The position numbers and the translations under genes were made by a program. Shown here piece after piece: positions 56,831 through 64,000 of a stretch of 64,000 nucleotides of DNA (its first letter is position 1; the number at the start of each line of letters is the position of its first letter). Origin of the DNA: Eledone cirrhosa (taxonomy: Eukaryota); the NCBI GenBank assembly GCA_964016885.1, contig OZ024741.1:277078001-277142000 (forward strand), in the 5' to 3' direction. The notes beneath the pieces were generated by a model, which was not told where the DNA came from, did not search any database, and saw nothing but the letters and a program-made list of their open reading frames with translations.

Positions 56831-59098
56831 CTAACAGCGCTGCGATCGAATGTGGCTTTTTAGCCCAGCCAATGATCTAAAATGTCTTGCACATAGTCGG
56901 CAACCAAAACATTTACTGGGAATAGTCGGCTGTGGTTGGAGTTCGTGTACTTTTGCATGTCGCTTGAGTCCTCCTGCTGATTTACATTCTCTACCACATG
57001 TTTGGCAAGCATGATGAGTAGCATCTCCAACAGCAGCCTGGTAGTCAACCACTGGTCTTACTTTATGACTGCGAAGATGACTTTTGAGTTCAGCTTTGCT
57101 TAGGCAGAGTCTCGCACAGACGCTGCATGTCAGCACCATAGGAAGACCCTCGCCGTCTGGAAGTGCAACAGCAATGCCCTTCCTCACATCCCGCTTTACT
57201 TTCTCGTATGCGATTCGAGATGCCTCAAAGGCAACTTTTCCCTCATATACAGTCTTTCTCCATTTATTACGATCAGCAGCAATATTCTCCCATGTATCAG
57301 CAGAGATGTTAGCGTCTTTCAGAGAGGCTTTCAAGGAATCCTTATACTTCTTTTTTGGTTTATGTGGAGGTCGTTTTCCTTTAACCAACTCTCCATAAAA
57401 GAGTTGTTTTGGTATTCTAGAATCCTTCATCCTGGCAAGGTGACCACTCCAACGGAGTCGCTGCTTAAGCACAAGAGCTTCTATACTGTCACACATAGAG
57501 CTTTCCAAAATCTCGACATCACTGATGTGGTCCCTCCAGTGAACGCCATGGATCCGTCTGAGACACATCTGATGGGAACGCTCCAATTGCTTAAGGTGGT
57601 GTCGATATGTGACCCAGGTCTCGCAGGCATAAAGAAGACAAGAGAGCACACATGCCCTGTACACCTTTACCTTTGTCCTCCTGCATATGTCTCGCCGACC
57701 CCAGAGTCGCCTTTCTAGCTTTCCGAAAGCATTACTTGCTTTCCTAATCCTAAGTGAGATTTCACTGTCAAGGTTGCTGTATCGATTGACAGTGCTTCCC
57801 AGGTAGACAAACTGATCAACCACTCCAAGTCGTTTGCCATACACATCGATGTTTGGTTCAGTGTACTGCTTACTAGGGGCAGGTTGGTACATGACGACGG
57901 TTTTCTTGAGACTGACAGTCAGACCTAGGGCAGTGCAAGCGTCAGAAAATGCATTCAAAATGTGCTGCATATCACTCTCTGAGTGCGCTACAAGATCGCA
58001 ATCATCTGCATACAAGAGGTCTCTTATGATTGATGTAAATACTTTTGTCTTCGCAGAAAAGCGCCTGATGTTAAATATGCTGCATGAGGTTCGATATCGG
58101 ATGTAAACACCATGCTCGCAATTCCTGAATGCAATACAGAAAACCATTGCAAAGTATATGGCAAACAGGGTCGGTGCTGGAATATCCCCCTGTTTCACAC
58201 CATTTTTTACTGAGATAGGCTCCGACATGTTACCCCCGACATTAACCCAAGCCTTCATGTCGTCATGGAAAGACCTAACTAAAGCAAGGAACTTATCAGG
58301 GCAACCAAGTTTCTGGAGAATCTTCCATAATGCATCTCTGTTAACAGTATCGAAAGCTTTTGTCAGATCGACAAAAACCTGATACAGATCCAAGCCTTGT
58401 TCCATGCACTTCTCCTGGAGCTGTCTAGCTGAGAATATCATATCAGTAGTGCCGCGTCCAGCACGAAAACCAGATTGACTTTCAGGAAGAACAAAATCTG
58501 CAATGTGTGTCAGCAGACGGTCCAGAAGCAATCTACATAAAACTTTCCCTACGACAGAAAGCAATGATTTACCTCTGTAGTTCCCACAATCGTTCCTGTT
58601 ACCCTTTCCCTTGTACAAGACCACCATTACTGCATCTCTCCAGTCCTCAGGTACGGATTCATTAGCCCATATCCTGCCAAACAAAGAGTGAAGATGTTGC
58701 AGGAGTCTCTCACCACCATATTGTAGGAGCTCAGCATGTATGCCATCCATACCTGGAGATCTTCCACTGTTCAGCTTCGAAATAGCCACTGCAACCTCCA
58801 CAAGCGTCGGAGGCTCTGCGAGAGCTACTTTCACAGGACTTTCCGGAATGAGATTGAGGAAATCTTCACTGACGACAGACGGCTGATTCAAAAGATCATC
58901 AAAGTGCTCTCGCCACCTTCGTAGAATTCCCTGTGAGTCACGAAGAAGTTCTTTGCCATCCTTGCTGCGAATCGGTGTCACCAGAGAAGAAGACGGTCCA
59001 TAAACCTCACGCAAGAGACTGTACAACAGCTTTGTGTTATTGGAATCAGACGCAGTTTGTATCTCACCAGCCTTCTCACTCCACCACTGATCCTTCAT
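56831..59098 (-). CDS. RTE ORF 3' half: RT plus three C2H2 fingers
   Basis: SPGMDG, LPESQSGFR, FVDLTKAFDTV, GVKQG, LYADD, FVYLGS; three CxxC..H motifs. Confidence 0.9.
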   Translation of the reverse strand: MKDQWWSEKAGEIQTASDSNNTKLLYSLLREVYGPSSSLVTPIRSKDGKELLRDSQGILRRWREHFDDLLNQPSVVSEDFLNLIPESPVKVALAEPPTLVEVAVAISKLNSGRSPGMDGIHAELLQYGGERLLQHLHSLFGRIWANESVPEDWRDAVMVVLYKGKGNRNDCGNYRGKSLLSVVGKVLCRLLLDRLLTHIADFVLPESQSGFRAGRGTTDMIFSARQLQEKCMEQGLDLYQVFVDLTKAFDTVNRDALWKILQKLGCPDKFLALVRSFHDDMKAWVNVGGNMSEPISVKNGVKQGDIPAPTLFAIYFAMVFCIAFRNCEHGVYIRYRTSCSIFNIRRFSAKTKVFTSIIRDLLYADDCDLVAHSESDMQHILNAFSDACTALGLTVSLKKTVVMYQPAPSKQYTEPNIDVYGKRLGVVDQFVYLGSTVNRYSNLDSEISLRIRKASNAFGKLERRLWGRRDICRRTKVKVYRACVLSCLLYACETWVTYRHHLKQLERSHQMCLRRIHGVHWRDHISDVEILESSMCDSIEALVLKQRLRWSGHLARMKDSRIPKQLFYGELVKGKRPPHKPKKKYKDSLKASLKDANISADTWENIAADRNKWRKTVYEGKVAFEASRIAYEKVKRDVRKGIAVALPDGEGLPMVLTCSVCARLCLSKAELKSHLRSHKVRPVVDYQAAVGDATHHACQTCGRECKSAGGLKRHAKVHELQPQPTIPSKCFGCRLCARHFRSLAGLKSHIRSQRC

Positions 59099-59569
59099 CT
59101 AAGTGTCAATAAGTGACTTTTTTTTTTTTTTTTTTTTGCGCGGGGACATAGAAATAATCGGGCTGGATGCCCGATCGCGCAGTTAAACCACTGGGAGTGA
59201 AGAACCCCTAGCCCTTGTCAGGGCATTCTTCTAGGAGAAGGCATCTCAGGAAACTGGGTAAACTCCGGCTCAGTAGTTACCGATGATGTTGATCTTTTCT
59301 TCTTTTCGGGTTATAGCTACTGTCGCTCAGAGAGTGGGATTGGCTCAGTGTACAGTCTTTCCTCACTTTAAAAATATTCGTCACGCACAGGCATTGCACG
59401 AGTGCATTAATAATTATTAATAGTGTACTATTATTATTATTATTATTATTATTACTATTATTATTACTTTTTTTTTTTTTTTTTTTTTCAAATTCAATGA
59501 TGTTCCAGAACAATATAAAAGAGATAATTGGCAATTTAGGTTCTGGAACAAAAAAGTTCATTGGCAATA

Positions 59570-60749
59570 AGGGCAGGGGCCCCAGGTTATCACAGCCTGG
59601 GCCTGCTCGTCATCGTGCCATTGTAATAGAGCCAAACAAGGCATTTAGTCTTGGCTGCTGGAACGTACGGACGCTGCTTGACAGGGATTCCTTGAGGCGT
59701 CCTGAACGAAGGACCGCTCTTGTTGCAAAGGATCTTCGACGTTACGATCTTGACATCGTGGTTTTATCTGAGACGAGGCTAGCTGGAGATGGTCATCTTA
59801 CGGAATTTTGTGGAGAATATACATTCTTCTGGAAAGGAAGAGATGAAGGAACCAGAAGAGAGGCTGGGGTAGGATTTGCTGTTAAGACTGTGCTTGTGAA
59901 CAAATTAGAAGAATTCCCAGTAGGGATTAGTGATCGTCTTATGTCCATGAGAGTTCCGCTGGACAAGGGAAGATATGCTACCCTGGTGAGTGTGTATGCT
60001 CCAACTATGAGTTCTGTCGATGAGGAAAAGGTGTCCTTTTACCATGCCTTGAAAGGTGTTTTAAGAAATATCCCTCAGGCAGACAAAGTCATCGTGCTTG
60101 GTGACTTTAATGCTAGAGAGGGTAGGGATTTTAACACATGGAATGTAATCGGAAGGCATGGGATGGGAAAGTGTAACAGCAATGGTATGCTCCTGCTGCA
60201 GATGTGTGAGGAGCTGGATCTGTGTGTTACCAACACCATGTTCCAACAAAAGAACAAATTCAAGACCACATGGATGCATCCTGCATCTAAGGAATGGCAT
60301 CTTTTAGACTACGTCCTAGTCAGGATGCGTGACAGACAGGATGTGCAGTGTGTTCGTGTTCTTCGTGGAGCTGAGTGCTGGACGGACCACCGCCTGGTAC
60401 GCGCAAAAGTGAAACTAATCACTAAACGTAAAATCCGGGCTCCTGGTGTTGCCCTGCCCAAAATATTGAATGCTGCTCGTCTTAAGGATAAAAATGTGAA
60501 GAGGACATTGGAAGAAGAGATGCAGGCTGCAGATCTTGGTGAGGATTGGCCGACCCTTAAAAAGTCGGTTTATGATGTAGGCAGGCGTGTTCTGGGATTG
60601 GCGCAGAGGAAATATCAGGACTGGTTTGATGAGAATGATGTACATATAGAAGACTTGTTGGCTGATAAGAGGTGTGCTCTGTCACGCTACTTGACGGCAA
60701 AACCACAGGAGAGGAATACGTTGCATGAGGAACTCAGGGATGTAAAATC
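59570..60749 (+). CDS. RTE ORF 5' half: APE endonuclease (inverted relative to RT)
   Basis: WNVRTL, LSETR, GVGF, SVYAPT, LGDFNA, WHLLDY, WTDH. Confidence 0.9.
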
Positions 60750-60759
60750 ACATACATAC

Positions 60760-63140
60760 AGGACTACTGCCAACATGTCCAGACAAAACAATATGACATA
60801 GATGGGTCAATACTGGAAACAGCTCTACAGAAAATGTGGAATAGGAAATCACCAGGCCCAGACCTCATAACAGGATACTGGTTGAAGAATTTCACTTTCT
60901 ATCGGCAAGATCTCATACGGCTGTTTACAGACACCATTAAAGGCACACAAGAACTGCCCAGATGGTTATCAACTGCCACTACTCTTCATTCCCCAAAATA
61001 GCCAAACCACCCTTGCTAAAAATTACCGCCCAATAGCCTGCCAAAACATCATGTATAAATTATATACTGGGTGCCTTAACTTGTTCTAATAGGATCACTG
61101 TGCTACCAACAACATTATAACACCTGAGCAAGCTGGTGGAAAGAGGGAGGTGTGGGGCTGCATAGATCGCCTACTAACTAACAAAATGATTCAAGAAAAA
61201 ACAACAAAGAATCGCAGAAACATGACTGTGGTGTGGCTGGACTATCAAAAAGCATTTGATAGTGTACCTCATGGGTGGATTGTTAAGGATTGTTAACCAA
61301 AGTCCCACAACCACTGGTAGCTGATGTTGAACGTCTGACCAAGAACTGGTACACCAATTTGATCCATAGAGGTGAGAAGGAGCACGTAAAGACTGATAAG
61401 ATACATTACCAGAAGGGCATCTTTCAGGGTGATAGCTTGTCAGTGCTACTCTTCGTTCTCTCACTAAATCCACTATCTTACCTACTCAGGAAACAAGGTG
61501 GACAAAGAGGTGGGTCCAGAAGTATCTCCCATCTTTTCTTTGTTGATGATCTGAAGTTGTATGGGCCAAATATCAATGACATTACGAAACAATTGGACCT
61601 CATTACACAATTTTCAACAGACATCAAAATGAAATTTGGTGAGTCCAAGTGTGCATATTTTGCAGTAAAACGTTGAAGAGCTGTGTCCTCCTCTAGAAAT
61701 CTAGAGATGAACGGCCTGACAATACAACCTCTACAGTCAGGTGACAACTACAGATATCTTGGACAGGATGAGAATGTCAGATATGATGGACCCATAAATA
61801 AGGAGAGAACCAGAACTGAATACCTCAGAAGAGTAAAGAAAATATGGTCATCAGAACTGTCAGCGTACAACAAGTACATTGCCCATAATACTTATGCTGT
61901 GCTAATTCTAACGCCAACATTTGGCCTGCTGAACTGGTCATTGCAAGAACTAAGTGAGATGGATGTTAGAACTCGCAAACTTCTCAGTGTTACTGGGAAC
62001 TTTAACATGAATGGTGATGTGGATAGGCTATACTTCTCTCGCAAGAAGGGTGTCCGGGGTCTAAAATCCATATTAACATCATATGAGACCCAGACAGTAA
62101 CACTGAAGCAACATCTTCAACAGAGGAAAAAGGTTGGCAAACATCTTGCCCAGGTTTATGAGCATGAAGAAAAAAATATCATTAGGATAGCCACTGATCT
62201 GGAGGAGAGATATGGAATAAAGCCTGATATAAATCTCTCACCCAGAGAAATCGGAAGATCCTATTCAATGTTCAAACAAGATGAAAAATTTGACCAATTT
62301 ACAGAAAAAGTTGTGCATGGATACTTGAGACGTAAAACACAGACCATAGAGGGGATAAACCACTCAAAAAGCCTGGCATGGAGTTCCGACAAGTTTATGA
62401 CATCACACCTTGAGGGATATCTCTATGCAATACATGAACAAAAACTCCTTACCAAATATCTGCTGCACAAAAGAGGAGGGCCATCAGCTGACAATAAATG
62501 TACGCTATGTAAAACAAAGATCGAAGATGTAAGCCACATTGTTGCCAGCTGCGAAAGAATGTCATCTCGCTACTACCTCCCCATGAGACACGATGGGATA
62601 GCTAGAACCATCTGGAACGCACTTCGGAAAACAAAATTAAAAACAAACGAGGAAGAATATATTGAGACGGATGGCACTAAGGAATACTGGTGGAACCTGA
62701 AAATAAAAACTGCCACCAAATTAAAGCACAACAGGCCTGATATTGTTGTTTGGGACCACACATTGAAAACGTGTTCTGTTGTGGAGATCAGCTGCCCACT
62801 TGATGTAAACGTTGTCAGAAAAATACAGGAGAAGGAGGACATCTACGGACCATTGATGAGGAGTTTACAAATCCAGTATCCAAGATACACCTTTAGCTTC
62901 ATACCCATCATTATTGGAGCTACGGGTTATATACCAACCCGCTTGGACCAAAGTGTGACTGAACTTGGATTTGCGGACAAAAAGCGCAGCTATCTAATTC
63001 ATAGTCTACAAATGGCTGCGATAGCTGGCACCTTCAAAATTTGCAAAACATTCTTGCGATTCAAGGGATGACAATTTCTTTTCTTTTACAACCTTGCCAC
63101 CAGGAAGGTGGCCGATCAAAAATATACTCGAAATTAAGAA
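60760..63140 (+). mobile_element. 5'-truncated R4/Dong-like LINE (RT plus restriction-like endonuclease), degenerate, in (CATA)n
   Basis: PGPD, NYRPIAC, WLDYQKAFDSVPH, GIFQGDSLS, FVDDLKLY, YRYLG; CTLC..H...C, RHD, NRPDIV..EISCP; contains stops and frameshifts. Confidence 0.9.
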
Positions 63141-63658
63141 AAAGAGATAACATACATACATACATTCATACATACATACATACATAAAGAGATAACATAC
63201 ATACATACATTCATACATACATACATACATACATACATACATACATACATACATACATACACATGTATATATATGAAAAGATAGAGGCAACAATGCAGAT
63301 AACTATAATAAATAATAGATAACTATAATTAAATAGTTAAATAAATCTTATAAAGTACCCTTGGAGATGGAAAAATAGAGATACCTGTCACACCTTTTCT
63401 TCCTTTGTCAGTGTTGAACAAAAGGGCAACGATGGTTGCCGAACACTGTACGGCTTAATTCGGGCTGTTTGTTTACAAACAAACCGAGCATTATAATAAA
63501 TGTTCTGTAAACCCATACGTACATATATATATGTGTGCATGTATGTATATATATACACATACTACTGTACGTCTGTATACATATATGTATGTACGTATAC
63601 ATACTTATATTTAAGTATTAGCCGTACTAAGAGTGAGAAAGGAAATTTCAATGTTTCC

Positions 63659-63776
<118 letters not shown>

Positions 63777-64000
63777 GGAGTTGTCAGTTTAAACAAGTAA
63801 GACCATGTACAGCTAAGTACTCGATACTTGTTAGAGAGGGTATATATTGTAAATTATATATATTCAATTATATATGTATAACGAAGGAGGTGTGGTAACG
63901 ACCAGATGGACCATAACGCACTAGAGTACTCAATACTTAGGGTAGTAGAGTGGGTAATAGGAAAATGTTCAAGACCCCGATGGCAGAGCTCAAGCCGTTT

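Larger units (their letters stand above)
56476..60749 (-). mobile_element. RTE-clade LINE with an inverted 5' half, flanked by (CATA)n
   Basis: RT half on minus (59098-56831); 5' UTR and APE half on plus (59101-60749); (CAT)n tail near 56476. Confidence 0.88.

Overview
Repeat-dense eukaryotic DNA. The SINE family and the microsatellite load suggest a coleoid cephalopod (octopus-like); this is an inference. No host protein-coding exon can be supported, and almost all listed ORFs are microsatellite artefacts. Large mobile elements: a near-full-length Tx1/L1-clade LINE plus three truncated relatives stacked in one (TATC)n tract (17.1-24.4 kb); a Penelope-like RT (42.4-43.8 kb); a Gypsy LTR element with TG...AA termini in (TA)n (44.0-49.5 kb); a 5'-inverted RTE LINE and an R4-like LINE, both in (CATA)n (56.5-63.2 kb). 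Smaller repeats: about 13 tRNA-derived SINE copies, a HINE-like element and several minisatellites. Two less obvious signals stand out. (1) About ten type I hammerhead ribozymes lie in small (TA)n-embedded elements, two of which are 1.2-1.3-mer permuted (retrozyme-like) units. (2) A conserved 22-bp motif with a companion motif recurs six times with variable spacing and orientation, one copy sitting in a GC-box/TATA/splice-donor promoter at the window start. All alignments and folds were done by eye, so coordinates of diverged repeats are approximate.
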